Assembly (NCBI RefSeq): GCF_009834535.1
Contig: NC_045730.1
Coordinates: forward strand, 19,654,001 to 19,718,000
Direction: 5' to 3'
DNA from: Camelus ferus
Taxonomy: Eukaryota
Length of the DNA: 64,000 nt
Part shown: piece by piece, positions 1-12,270 of the stretch
How the letters are laid out: every line of letters starts with the position of its first letter
How positions within the stretch are numbered: the first letter of the stretch is position 1
The notes under the pieces: model-generated
Databases searched by the model: none
Told to the model about the DNA's origin: nothing
What the model saw: only the letters and a program-made list of their open reading frames with translations
Made by a program: the position numbers and the translations under genes

Positions 1-2794
1 GCTCCAATGTCATTAACTGGATTTGGTCCCAGCCTGAAACTGTAAAAGTCCTGGATGACAGAGTAGCTCTGTAAATTGGCACTGCAACAAAAGTCATGCA
101 GGGAAATGTAATTCAGGTGTTATTGTTAACCCTGATTCGTGAACGGGTTGAGTAACACTTGGTGCTAACAGAAAACCGTGCCCCAACACTTCCCAGCGGT
201 AAAAGGCATGTTTCCTGGTGGATAATTATGATTTATATGTCGTGTGATGCTCAGGTTTGTTAGATCTTGGGCTGTTACCTGGTGTTACGATCCCATTTTT
301 GACTCAGAATGTTCTTTTAATAACCATTCCGCAGAGGTAAATTTTCCATTATTTTTATTTCTTCCTGCTTAATGCTGCCTTTAGGCTTCTGATTGCAGTT
401 TGCTCTAACTCAGGGTCATGCAGATGTGGTGTGCAGACTGATTCCTGAGGACCGTGCTGCCAAGGGCAGAGGGCCGGGCTGCCCCTGTGGAGCAAAGCAG
501 AGCACAGCCTCCGAGGAGCCGTCCTCATGGGGACACCACTGCTTGTGCCAGTGTTCTTGAGGCAGGGGTCTTAGTGACTGAAGGGAGAGTGCTGGGTCCC
601 TCTTAGCTCTCATGGCCCCTGGAAAAAGATGTGTCCCGACATGGCCCGCAGGACCTCTGCATGAGGGGCAGCCCTGGGTGCACTGTTGGGGCTGAGGGAT
701 GTCGGTTTGTCTTCAGGGCCCGAGATACGTTCTTGGAAAGTTGAGAGCAGCGTGGTGGTGTTCAGCTGGCTTTCTCAATTAGATGGCAACTCTGATTTTA
801 AAGCCCCTCAGTGTGGAACACAAGGACTTGCGGATGAAAGTTTGTTTTCACAAGCTGCGAGGGCTAGACTGAACGTGTATGCAAGTGTGTTTGATAGCGT
901 GTTACTTGCAGTAAGCAGTTGTTTGACCAGAGTGTCAGTATTTTGAAATGTAGATGTATTTGTTGTAATATTATTTGCTCTCTTAAATAAGTGATCTTTA
1001 AAGGCCTAAATTAATTTCCCAAGGACAAATCTTAGAGAAAAGTTGACAGATTTTTGAGAGTTATAATTATTGGAGTAGGATCTTACTGATTTTTATGTAT
1101 TGACTGTACAAATAATTTTTATGCCTTTCCATGGGGCTCCATTGGAATGTGCAGTTTTGTATATTATGTGCCTAACCAAACTTTCACATCAGCAGGATTT
1201 CTCAGGAAATGTGGAACTCTGGGGCGTGATAGTCCCTTCTCCTGCTTACTGAGCAGTCAGTGCGTCCTCAGAGCTCTTTGAAGTGCATCTGAACTCCATT
1301 TAGACCCAGTTCTTACTCTCTTCTAGAGTTTCACTTCATTCTTTAAATACAGGCGTCCCTGTTTTCAGATTATCAAATTTTATTACTCAGAAGGATTAAG
1401 TAAAATCCAAAAAAATCCCCACATCCCCACTGACAGAGTTTCCACCTGATTATCCAGCATCCTTCCTAGAATAACACTTACGTTTTATCCCCACACACTG
1501 GTGGTTGGTCGTCTGATGTTTTGATATATTAAACTCCAGTAGAAGAATCTAAAGCAAATGTATGATTGAGGTTTTCCAGGACAGAAGTATGTGTGAGTGT
1601 GTGTGTGATATTCTGTGGAAGCAAGTGTCATGAGAACTGGCAGGCGGGGGGAGGGACGCCTGTGTCCTGTGCCTGCCCCACCCCTGTTAGCCTCCTTGTG
1701 TGTTTGCTCCTGTGCACTCCCTGCTTCACAGCTGTGGTCGTAGTTTGTGTGTGATTCCACATCCTGCCTTATCCTTTTAATATTAGAAATGGGAAGCTTT
1801 TAAACATGCTTCTTGGATTTAAGTTTTGTGGAACCCGTCTTTAGAATCCAAGTTAGAACATGTCTGCCAGTAAATCCCTTTCATTCACTGAAAGGACTGC
1901 ATTGTTCATAGTGCTCCAGACGGGGAGTGTAGCACCCCTGGAAAGCCAGTGTTTCCATTTGTGAACCAGAAAGGTCCTCGTGAGGTGGGGTTGGCGGGAG
2001 AGGTTTGTCGGGGTCATACCTGTTGAGGTGAAAAGGAGCAGAGGATTGGACAGGGTGCGACCAGGAGCCAGCCCCACGCAGAGCTTCTGAGCGAGGGAGT
2101 GAGGGCCACGGGTTGGGTGGGTGGGGGCCTGCTGGCCAGGCCTCAAGCCCCCACCTCACATCACAGGCTCATTCCTTCCTGAAGGGACATTTGTATGAAG
2201 GGAAAACATGGTATTTATTCTAATGTATCCAAAGAGCATGTCAGTTACTTGTACATACAGATGTAGTCTAAGAACCTGCTTTTTGAAGTTCTTGCTTGTG
2301 ATCTTCACTTGCTCAGCTGGGATCCCCAGGGTGGTGGCAGGAACGTGGGCAGAACCTTAGAAAGCCTTCAGCTTGCAGGTGTCTGTTTGCTCTGAGCCCA
2401 TTACTCGCTCCTCCCTTGAAGAAGCACTCTCCTTTAAGAGGAGACAGCGGTGTAAATGGGCTTCTGTTGCTCTGCCGTACCCATGGCATGTGAGTGTGCT
2501 GAGATGCCTCAACAGACTCGGTGAGCCCGTGCAGTGGATGCTCAGCAGCACAGAGTTGTTGAAGTGACGTGGCAATATCTTCTTTGACTTACTCTGACGT
2601 CCCTTCAGAAGAGAGCAGAATAATGAGCATTCCCGGTGTGTACAGCCTACACAACTTCAAATAATGACTCAAAGGGAAGACCAGTGCGGCATGACAGCAC
2701 CAGCTCTAACGGTGGACTGCCCGCTGTGGGTGGCTTTTACACCTCTGAATCTTTGTTTTCAACAGATGCCTTAAGATTCCTCAGTGATACAATG

Positions 2795-3430
2795 AAAGCC
2801 AATTGTATTTTAAATGGGCAAAGGACTTGATCAGAGATCCCTCCAGAGAAAACATACAGGTGGCCAATAAGCACATGTCAGGGTGCTCAGCATCATGGGT
2901 CATTCAGGGGAGTGCAAGTCAGACCCACAGTGAGGAGCCATGTCACCCCAGCTGGGACGGCGATACTCAGGAAACAGAAACTGGCAGGTTGGGGAGAATG
3001 TGGAGAGACTGGGATCTTTGTACATTGCTGGCAGGAATGTAAAATGGTGCAGTTCCTCAAAAAATTAAATGTGGAATTACCATATGATCTTTTGGGCATA
3101 TACCCCAAAGAATTAAAAACAGAGACTTAAACAGATATTTGTACACTCACATTCATGGCATTATTCACAACAGCCGAAAGGTGGAAGCCACCCACGTGTC
3201 CATTGAGGAATGAATGGATAAACAAAATGTGGCGTCTGCACACAGTGCGGCGTCATTCAGCCTTGGAGAGGAAGGACATTCTGACACAGGCTACAATGTG
3301 GAAGAATCTTGAAGGCAATGCTAAGTGAAATGATCCAGTCAGAAGAGGACAGAGATTGTACTTCCCCTAAATATCTGGAATAGGCAAATTCAGAAACAAA
3401 GTAGATGGGAGGTCACCAGAGATGGGTGTG
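2795..3430 (+). mobile_element. Old LINE-1 3' fragment (end of ORF2 plus 3' UTR, L1MB-like)
   Basis: Typical L1 motifs: aaatgggcaaaggacttg, cattgctggcaggaatgtaaaatggtgcag, ttaccatatgat, gaatgaatggataaacaaaatgtgg, ctaagtgaaa. Boundaries approximate. Confidence 0.85.
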
Positions 3431-3796
3431 GTGATGGTTAGGGATAAGTTTGTAAACACTTTTTAAAAGAGAGACCTTAGCAGAAAAGCATGATTATTAA
3501 GAAATTAAAAAAAAAAAAACAAAAAAACAGAAAGACCAATTGGTTATTCAAATTACTGTTTCTCTTTCTCTTTCTGAACTTGCCCCTTATAAATTCCAGG
3601 TTTATCTGCTTTAAAAAAATGTTCTTACACTGTGAACATCTGTCAACTTTCCTTAGATTATTTTTTTAGCAGCTTATGTAACTTGAACTGAAATGAGCAT
3701 TTTTGTTCTCTCCTAAAACTGCCCATTTAGTGTCTTTATAACACTGTTTTTGGCTTTAATAGATTTCAGTAAATTGTAAAGATGTACAGAAGATTT

Positions 3797-3897
3797 AAAA
3801 ATATATACATATATTTTTAATGACGGTGCTGGGGATTGAACCCAGGACCTCGGGCACCCCAAGTAAGCACTCTACCCCTGAGCTCTACCCTCCTCCC
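3797..3897 (-). mobile_element. Short tRNA-derived SINE (camelid type) with target-site duplication
   Basis: Reverse complement is gggaggagggtagagctcaggggtagagtgc...gaggtcctgggttcaatccccagcacc plus an A/AT tail, with pol III A-box and B-box (gggttcaatccc). agaagattt flanks it at 3788-3796 and 3898-3906. Confidence 0.88.
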
Positions 3898-6800
3898 AGA
3901 AGATTTTTGTTGACATTTTTGCTGGCTTGTTTACCTCCACAACATTTTTAAATGATGCATGCTTTGACTTGGCTGCAATAAACTTTGTGTTGTAAAGACA
4001 GAAACTGAAAGCCTTTCCTGGAGGTAGTTTTCTTTCTGCCTTGTTAGTTGTTTCGTTTTGAGTTTTGTTTTTGGACTTTGGTTTGAACAGTCCAACAGCA
4101 GTAGCAATTAAAGCAGATTAATTTGTGGTCCATACTTAAGCTTGTGCATCTCAAGATGTAGCTTAGTTGGCTACAAGTTGAAACCAGCAGAGTGGTCTGG
4201 GAGTGCTTCAGCCCTCCCAGGTCGCAGGGTGGTGGTCCCGGTGTAGGGGATGCAGGAAGGTGGTGTGGGGGGACAGGATGGTGTGGAGGCTGGGAGGGAG
4301 AGCGTCCTGACCGTGGCAGGACCCTGGTTTCAGCAAGGTTTGCTGGCCGGTGCTCCTTTGGAAAGACTCCTCCCACACTTTAATGGAAGATGTTGCTCGC
4401 AGGGCTCCCTGTTCCTGTAGATGTTGCTTTGGTGACAGTGCTGTGCGTTCATGTTGGTCTGGTGGGGGAGGCTGACAGCCAAGGTGCAATCTGGGAAGAT
4501 GCAGCACATGCCCCAGGTTCTTCTTCACATGGACAAAATCCAGCTGGTACTCTGAATCCATGAGGAGGTCTTTCTGTGATCTCATCACGAAACTACTCTT
4601 CAACAGCAATCTTATAAGCAGAGATAGAAACTGGGACAATTTCAGGCTGCTGTCTGGGAACAAACTCAGATCAGCTGCAAGCTGCTGAGGTCTTTAACAG
4701 GAAGGTGTGTGCGTCAATCCCTGCTTAGGAAACAGCATGTGAAAAGCCCAGGTAAGGCAAAGACTGGTTGTCTGCCTTGGGCCAACAGGCTCATAGGAGG
4801 GGTTCAGGAGGTACTGCTGAGACAGTAAGTGAAAATTTCAAGGCTCGTACAGAGGGCTGTAACATGTCCATTTATACACAACACTCTTGGTGACTTTTTG
4901 TTTCTGCTAGAACTGCAATGGGACTGTAAATAGAACTCTTCACCAGGGGAAGGAGACCGGAGACATGTACAAGGAAAAGAGGAAATAAAAGGGGACTATA
5001 GCAGAGAGTAAAATACCTCATCCTGCCACCGGGCACACCCTCCAGGGACTCCACACTTCTGCAAGGGGTACCCAGCTCTCCACGCCTCGGGACACCTTCA
5101 TCCCCGTGACTCCTCTCTTCCCCACCCGACACTTTGTCCTCAAGGTTAGAGGAGCCACCAGGCTTTGTGCTCAGCCTGCCCAGGCCCCTCCCCACCACCA
5201 GGGCCATCACAACTCCTGAAGTTCAGGTTCTCTTCAGGCTGAGCAGGGCTCTGACTGACTCACGTCTGCATCCTGTGGACCACAGAACAAAGCCCTGGCT
5301 CCTTCGCCTGGTCCTCAGCCTCCCTCCATCACACCCACCTTCTCCTCCAGCCCCCTTCCACCTGTGCCCCCACGTTTCAGGCAGACACAGTCACTATTCC
5401 CAGGTCTTGGCCCTATCCCATCACTATTCACTCCTCCAAATGCCTTTTGCCCTCCAGATGTGAAAACTTTGTTTAAGCTCAAGGGGGAGAAAGCAGAGAA
5501 ATAAGCCATTTTTATTAGAACTTCAAGTAATTACTTCCAACACGCTTCAGAAAGGGTCCCCCAAACTAACATAATACTTGTAAATCAACTATACTTCAAT
5601 AAAAAAAGAAAGGTTCCCCAAAGAAAATTCCTAACAAGATGTTTCTGGCACCTACACAATCCATCAATTTCAGATTATTAAGTAACACAGTCATTTCATT
5701 AACGCTGTGGTAAACCAGACACTAGAAATCACAATAATCCTCCTATGTTAACCTAAGAATAAGATCCACAGGGGCTGGTCTATCACTCTGACACAATGGT
5801 GTGCTACAAGTCAGGAGACCTGCAGTGTAGAAAACATGGATACTCAGAACGTTAAATATTCTAGAAAAAGTAAGAATATCTCAATTCAGACAGTAAGAGA
5901 AATACACTGAAAAACCTTGGTTTTCAACATATTTTTAAAAAGAAATCATAAAGGATATGTAAAAGATACCTTGAATAAAAATGTACATAACAGTTAAAAC
6001 CAAAAGATCTTGGTCCAAATTCTGGTATTATTCTTACTGATTGTGGAGCTGGACAAATCACTCAGCCTCTGAGCCTCAGGTCCCGCATCTCTGGGGTGTG
6101 GGTGTGGACATCCCAGCCACCGGGCTTTGTTCATCAGGCAACGTAAGTTTGCAGGCAATGGGAGTACATGTAGGATTGAGGCTTCAAATTTTTGCATTTT
6201 TCTCATACACTTCCCACAAAAACCTGTATGAGCCGGTCCCAAGCAGACACCACTCCCACTGTCCAGGTGGATGCTCAGCGATCCCATGCCCAGTTCTGCC
6301 TGCTCCAGGAACAGCTCAGCTGTTCCCAGTTAACTACTGGTGTATGGGGAGGGACACCTGATTGGTTCAAGGCCACTAAAAGGAATAAGAAACTCATGCA
6401 TCAAGCCAGGAGCTGTGACTGACAAAATTAAAACGACTTCTTAGACACCTGAGAGCAGCAAATTGTGTACCAAGATCATGACCATGGCTGACCTAGGGCA
6501 GCTTTGGCTGATGGAAGTGCATTTCCCATAGCAACTCAGTCTGGAAAGAATTCATGCAGTCACAGGGCACCCTGATTTAAATACTTGTATTTCTCTTCTT
6601 CTGGCATTTAACCCTGCACCTCACAGCCCACCCATCATGAACAGATGGCACGGCATGACTCCTGACTTGAGGAAGTCCCCTGGGACCAGCTCTGTGTCCC
6701 TACCACCCCAGTCAGGATGGGCATCACACTTTTGTGCCCAGGGAAGGGAGGCTGCACTCTGGGAGATCAAAACTCCAGGGCAGGATACAAACACAAACCA

Positions 6801-7299
6801 AACCGTGCCCCTGGCACCAGAGAAGCAGTGTTTAATATGCAGAACCAGAGGCAACAAACCACAGCAGTGCCGGCAAGCTTCATTTTCTGAGGAATATAGA
6901 ACACAATGGCCTTGGACTCAGGTTTATGTCCTTAAATATAAAACAGTTCATCTTGTATGAGACCAAAAGTGCAAATTTCACAAGCTATACTCTACCAACT
7001 CCCCAATAACCCTCAAACAGGAGAGTCTGCACCTGGGTTGCAGATACAGCTCTCTCCATGCGGGTCATTCCCAGGAACAGAACTACATCAGAACAGTATT
7101 TCTTCATTTACAGCAATAAATACCAGGGTTTTCAAGCTGAACTCCCAAATTAGTAATAAAATAAATCTCAACTGACTGGAATATGCTTAGGTCCAAAATT
7201 ACATTATCCTTTAACTTTTCAGATATGGAAAAATGATCAGCACTTACATGTTACCACTGCATTTTACCAAAATCAGAAATCAAAACAAAACTGATCACA

Positions 7300-7413
7300 T
7301 TGTACAACACATTGTACAACACAGGGAATATACAGCCAATATTTTGTAATAACTGTAAATGGAAAGTAATCTTCAAAAATTGTACAATTTTTTTTTAAAT
7401 TAAAAAAAAAAAA
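7300..7413 (+). mobile_element. Short LINE-1 3' UTR tail with poly(A)
   Basis: acagggaatatacagccaatattttgtaataactgtaaatgga followed by an A tail; tgatcaca lies on both sides (possible TSD remnant). Confidence 0.6.
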
Positions 7414-10400
7414 GTTGTGATCACAGATAGAAGATGCCTGAGGCAGTAAAAGGTCTGTTTGCCTGAATGCGCAAGGCAGACCTGAGCACTACGCAGCCCC
7501 TCTGCATTTGTCCTTGGCTGGACCAGCTCTAGGAAAGATACCCCGCTCTCTCAGAGTGAACATGGCACCTGGATGGACACACTGGCGTCTGCACACATGG
7601 GGCCTGTGGGAGGATGTGGGTGGGCAGGTAACTCAGGAGAGCTGCCAGATGGCCTCCCACAATAGGCACTGGCATAGGTGGCCTACACTCCAGCTGCTGG
7701 TCTGTATGTGCAGACCATTCCCAGTTCATCCTTCAGTTAATGTCTGGGAGTTGTCACTTGCTGTGGAAAGGACACTGGGGCTCTGACTGCAGGTCAGGGT
7801 AGGGCAGAGATATCGACTATTCCACAGGTCCATACATCTACAGCTGTGCATTTCAGAAGTAGGATGCCATAAGACCAGGACAGGAGGGCCTGTCCTAACC
7901 TCAGGGGTCAGGGAAGGAATCCCTATGGAAGTGACACTTTCACTGAGCTTTAGCCAATCCATGGGTACAGGCGGAGGGGCAAGCACATGCAGAATGCCTT
8001 GTGTGCAGACAGCGTGAACATCGGATAAAGGCTGGAGGAGCCGAAGAGAGGCCAGGCTGCTGCGTGTGAGGCCCCTCTGATGCAGACAAGTCTACGCTCC
8101 CGGAGAGGCCATCTGCCATCTCCAGCCAGAGCAAATGGGGACAACAGACTCGCCCTAACCAGAAGAGGCTCCTTCTCTGAGGAGGCTGTTACCCTGGATC
8201 CCACAGCCAATTCCCAGAGAGTAGGAAGGAAACAAAGACTGCCCTCTGGTCACCATAGCCAAATTCACCAAGATTTTCACAATGACTCCATCACTGTAAA
8301 TCCTTTTAATTGAGCAGAAGCCGCCTGCTGCTGGGGGAGAGCCGAGCTGGACTTGGAGAAGACTGGATCTACATAACTCCGCCCCATTCAGCAGCGTCTG
8401 ATGCCAGCCACGTGGAAAGCAATGCCTAGCCAACATACACAACATCAGAAAAAGGGACTATACTTGGTCAAGGAAAGTTTTGCTATTTATGGTAAGGCTG
8501 AAATTTTACTACCTCACCTCACCACAGCCTTGTCATGAAAGCACTGAAGACTCAATTACAGAGGCTAAAATCATTCATTAAGATAACCCTTAAGATACTG
8601 CTACTGACTGGGTTTTATCTTCTACTTTTACAAGTGTTGTCAGGTTAAGAGATCAGTACAAGAATTTATAGCCAAAACACTGCAAGAGAACCAGCACCAA
8701 AGAATGCAGTTCTCCCGAAGAGTATTTTCTCTTTGCAGAGGACTTTCAATGTATTCTTTCTGACCCCCTCCTTCACTGAATACATCACCTTCATTGTTCT
8801 GTCCAGCTCTGGCACTCTTCCTCATCCAGACTTAGGTGAGCACTCGACGCTGCGCTCCCTAAGACAGCGTATCTTTGACTGGGTTCCCCAGCCACCCACC
8901 CCTGCACAGAGAGGAAGGCCAGGAAACAGCCGGCTTCCCCACAGCCTTCCTGAGGATGGGTAATGCTTGGCATCTCCAACTCAGGGCTGAGCTTTTGCCG
9001 AAGGCTGTACCAGGCGTCCTAATTCATAATCGTGTGTCCCAAAGAAATCCCAAAAGTTCCTTTGAAATATTTTTAAAATACTGTTTTAGAGAAATCATAG
9101 TATTTCCTCTAAATAAAAATATGAAAAAAGAAGTTCATCAAAACACAAACCCCCTTTAGAAAAATTTATGGCAGAATAAGGTGACTGAAAAGGAATCAAG
9201 AAGTTTCTCAGGAAGATCCTACACCAAAAGAATCATTTCTAAGACCGAGCTAATCCAGAAAGATCTCTCTCTGATTTAGAGCCATGGGCCCTCCTTACTG
9301 CTTCCCAGGGGCAGTTTTACGTAACGAGTGACTGTTCACCCAGGCAACTCCTCAGAAATAAAGATCAGTAATAAGAACTGCAGAACCGCCTGGGCATGTG
9401 GTCTCCGCATCCCCAAATCACAGTTGAACCGGCCTTCTCCTTCCCATGGGGATGGAGCGGCCCTCGAGGCCCACAGAGCATAAGCAGCCCTCTTGGCCTC
9501 ACACTTCAACAGGTGCGTGAGGCTCACAGAATGGTGACGGGGACCCAGAGCTAAGGCCCAGCCCCACTGCCTGCCTGTCCGCCCTCCGTCCTACCCACAA
9601 GGACACGCATCACATCTGTCAGCAAGCTGGCCCAGGGAGGGGAACAGAGCCACGGCTGAGAGACCAGGCCCAGGGCCCTAGTCTAAGATCCTGGGGGCTG
9701 ACAGTAACACCAGAGCTTACCCACCACCTGTGCATGATTCTCAAGCAGTGTCTCTTATGTGAGGCAAAATCCTGAAGCTTCTACATGCTTATTTCATTAC
9801 TGTACTAGAAGTTGCATTGAACGCATCTTTTTGGGCATCTTATATTCAAAATACTGCTCCCAAATAATTCTGACCTCTTAGTAGGATCATGACCTCAAAG
9901 AATACTCTTTGATTAACTGGTTCAATGTTTGTATTTCAAAAGGCCACAACTGCCCTTTGGAGAATGCCCCTAGGAACATGACGAAGGTGCAGACCTTTCT
10001 CTCTGAAGCATATCACAGAGGCCAGGAGTCATTAGAGTTCATCCTTCACCTAGGTCTCTGGCTATGAGACAAAGGTTAGTGGAAGACCAGCAGTTTTTAA
10101 GAAAAACTGTATAATTTGTTATGTATTCCTTTTTGTTAAGTGTTTTGTAAGTGGTGCTCCAACAGTGAAAAGAGGGTAGTAAAAACGGAGTATTATATTT
10201 TAATAGAAAACACTCAGAAATGGGCCCTGAGTCAGTGGGACAATCATGATCCAGGGTCTGTGACAAGCTCTGTGACCAAGGAGCACTGTGGCCTCAGTAA
10301 GTCACATGAGCTCAAATGGAGAACAGGGGCTCAGAAATAGGATCTTCTGGGTGCCACCAAGGCTAAGCCCTACAACGCTATTTAGAATTGTGTTAGCTGG

Positions 10401-10464
10401 ACAGTCCATTTCAAACGTGTGCCTGTCTTGGGGTCTCTCTCTCATCTCAGTTAAGTGCATTCAC

Positions 10465-10632
10465 TGAAGCGAAAGTAAAACAGTGGCCAGTTTCCTGCAG
10501 TGCTGGCCACCCGCTCTCTGACCGCGGCGTCCTGGATGTCACACACCCCGATGTTGCCTGCCTGCAGCATTCTTCTCGGGGCTCCTTCACTGTGCTGCCA
10601 TCTACACTGGACCACGGCAGCTCCATTCGCTG
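10465..10632 (-). CDS. DIP2C: DIP2C alternative (cassette) exon following exon 2, 168 nt / 56 codons, phase 1-1
   Basis: Reverse complement reads ttttttttcaacttgttacAG|CA GCG AAT GGA...TTT CGC TTC A|GTgaat = (T)ANGAAVVQCRWQHSEGAPRRMLQAGNIGVCDIQDAAVRERVASTAGNWPLFYFRF. It is open and in frame with exon 2, about 1.6 kb downstream, and resembles the 56-aa insert I recall in long DIP2C isoforms. Confidence 0.8.
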
Positions 10633-12198
10633 CTGTAACAAGTTGAAAAAAAACTAATTAATTCAAACTTTAGTCTTTTTTAAATTTGTTACAGTGCCAA
10701 GCAGAGCCGCCGACCCCATGCAGAATAGCACACAGAACACCAAAGGGACCATGCCACACAGGGCCACCGTCAGCACCCAGCCGACGTGGATCAACTGCGT
10801 CCTCAGCCCTGCAGTGGCTCCAGGCCCATCTTCCGGAAGCACACAGAGCTGCTTCTGTTTCACCTTTGTTTGCTAAGGCCCAGAAATTAAAATCCAGCAA
10901 CATGAGCGCCTACTGTCTCCCTGCCAGCCTTCCTCTGAGACCAGGGGGGCCACCTGCAGATGGGAATGCACGACGATGGGCTGTGCAGACGGCCGTCCCC
11001 ACAGCAGTCCTGCTCGAGGTCGAGAAGGGAGGCGGGAGAACATCTCTGAACGTCTGCCTGCATGTGCTCTGAAGCCTCCCACACAGGGTCAGCCGGCCAA
11101 CACACTGACTTTTCGTTCACTCAGACAGCGTGGCTTCTTCCTCTTATAAACCAGAGAGCAGGAAACTCAGGCCGTCAGCAGGCAGCCCGCACAACGGGCC
11201 CATCTCCATGTTAACTTTCTCAAGTACAAAGGAGAGAAAGAAATCACACGAAGTCAAACAAAGCTACACAACAGCAGAAACTCAATATCCAAGTTCAGTG
11301 CCCTGGAACGTGAGCACCTGCGAGGACGCGCCATCTGTGCTGGTACAGCACTGGAGGGGCACAGCCTGGAGGGCACGGCCTGCACTGTGCAGGCGTGTGC
11401 AGACCTAAACCTCACCCAGCAGAGCCTCACAATGGGGCTTTAACTGTGCCCCAAAGTGATCACTGCAGAGTCCCTTTCTGCCACTGTCCTCCCTCCTCCT
11501 GGAAGGCCTGTGTTAGCTCTGAGCCTTTCTTAACCCAGAAAATTCTCAAGGTCGCCCTCAGACTGCACTAAGCTTCCCCCAGAACACAGGTGTGACAGCT
11601 GCAGCCCGTATCCTCTTCCTTCCCCTAAAATGTACAGAACCCAGTTGAGTGCAGAGAGTCTACAAACCTGCACATGTGAAAACACTGGAATTTAACAGAA
11701 TGTGTACTTGGGAAGAAATCATAACGTGGACAATCACATTTCAAAACACAACCAACCTTTACGATTTCATAATCCCAGGCAGGATGTTACACTGTTTTCT
11801 AGAACTGCCCCCACCAATGACATCAACAAAAACCTTGGACTGATTAAGCCATTATCAATCATTTTAGCTCACTAAGCCAAAAGTCATGTTTAAATCATAA
11901 ATGCTCATATTTTTTATGATTATAGCATTTCAAAGTAATCAAACATATTACTGCCCCCTACAGATGTAACACCTATTAAATTTATTAGGCACATTTATAG
12001 AAAACCTCTATGTTTCTTCTCCATTCACAGAACACCCTGCAATCACAGGAGGGAGCTGGATGTGGCTCGTGCCACCTCAACATCATGATCTGCATGCAGA
12101 CCAGGGACCGCGGAAGTACCTGTGCTCAGCTGTTCTCTTGCGTGTGGCAGTTAACTTTCAAAGCTGACGCTTCATGCTGCTCATCAAGGTTTACGTAC

Positions 12199-12270
12199 TT
12201 GGAGGCTGGGGCAGATAGGCACCAATCAACTTCGATCTCTTCTTTTCATATACTTTTTGTGTGATGTCAC
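12199..12270 (-). CDS. DIP2C: DIP2C exon 2 (72 nt, phase 1-1), part of the N-terminal DMAP1-binding domain; possibly in a diverged partial duplicate
   Basis: Reverse complement reads ttcctttccttctcttacAG|GT GAC ATC ACA CAA AAA GTA TAT GAA AAG AAG AGA TCG AAG TTG ATT GGT GCC TAT CTG CCC CAG CCT CCA A|GTacgt = (G)DITQKVYEKKRSKLIGAYLPQPP. This matches DIP2C as recalled (GDITQKGYEKKRSKLIGAYLPQPP) at all but one residue, and the IGAYLPQPP tail distinguishes it from DIP2A/B. Not in the ORF track because it is too short. Confidence 0.93.

Noticed and set aside
2379-2489. 111-nt plus-strand exon-like segment (AG...CAT|GTGAGT)
   Set aside because: Weak pyrimidine tract and no recognisable peptide in either open frame; its length equals DIP2C exon 3 as I recall it, but the sequence does not match.
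3815-3897. Possible tRNA gene
   Set aside because: It has A and B boxes but also an A-rich tail and TSD, and no convincing acceptor stem, so it is a SINE.
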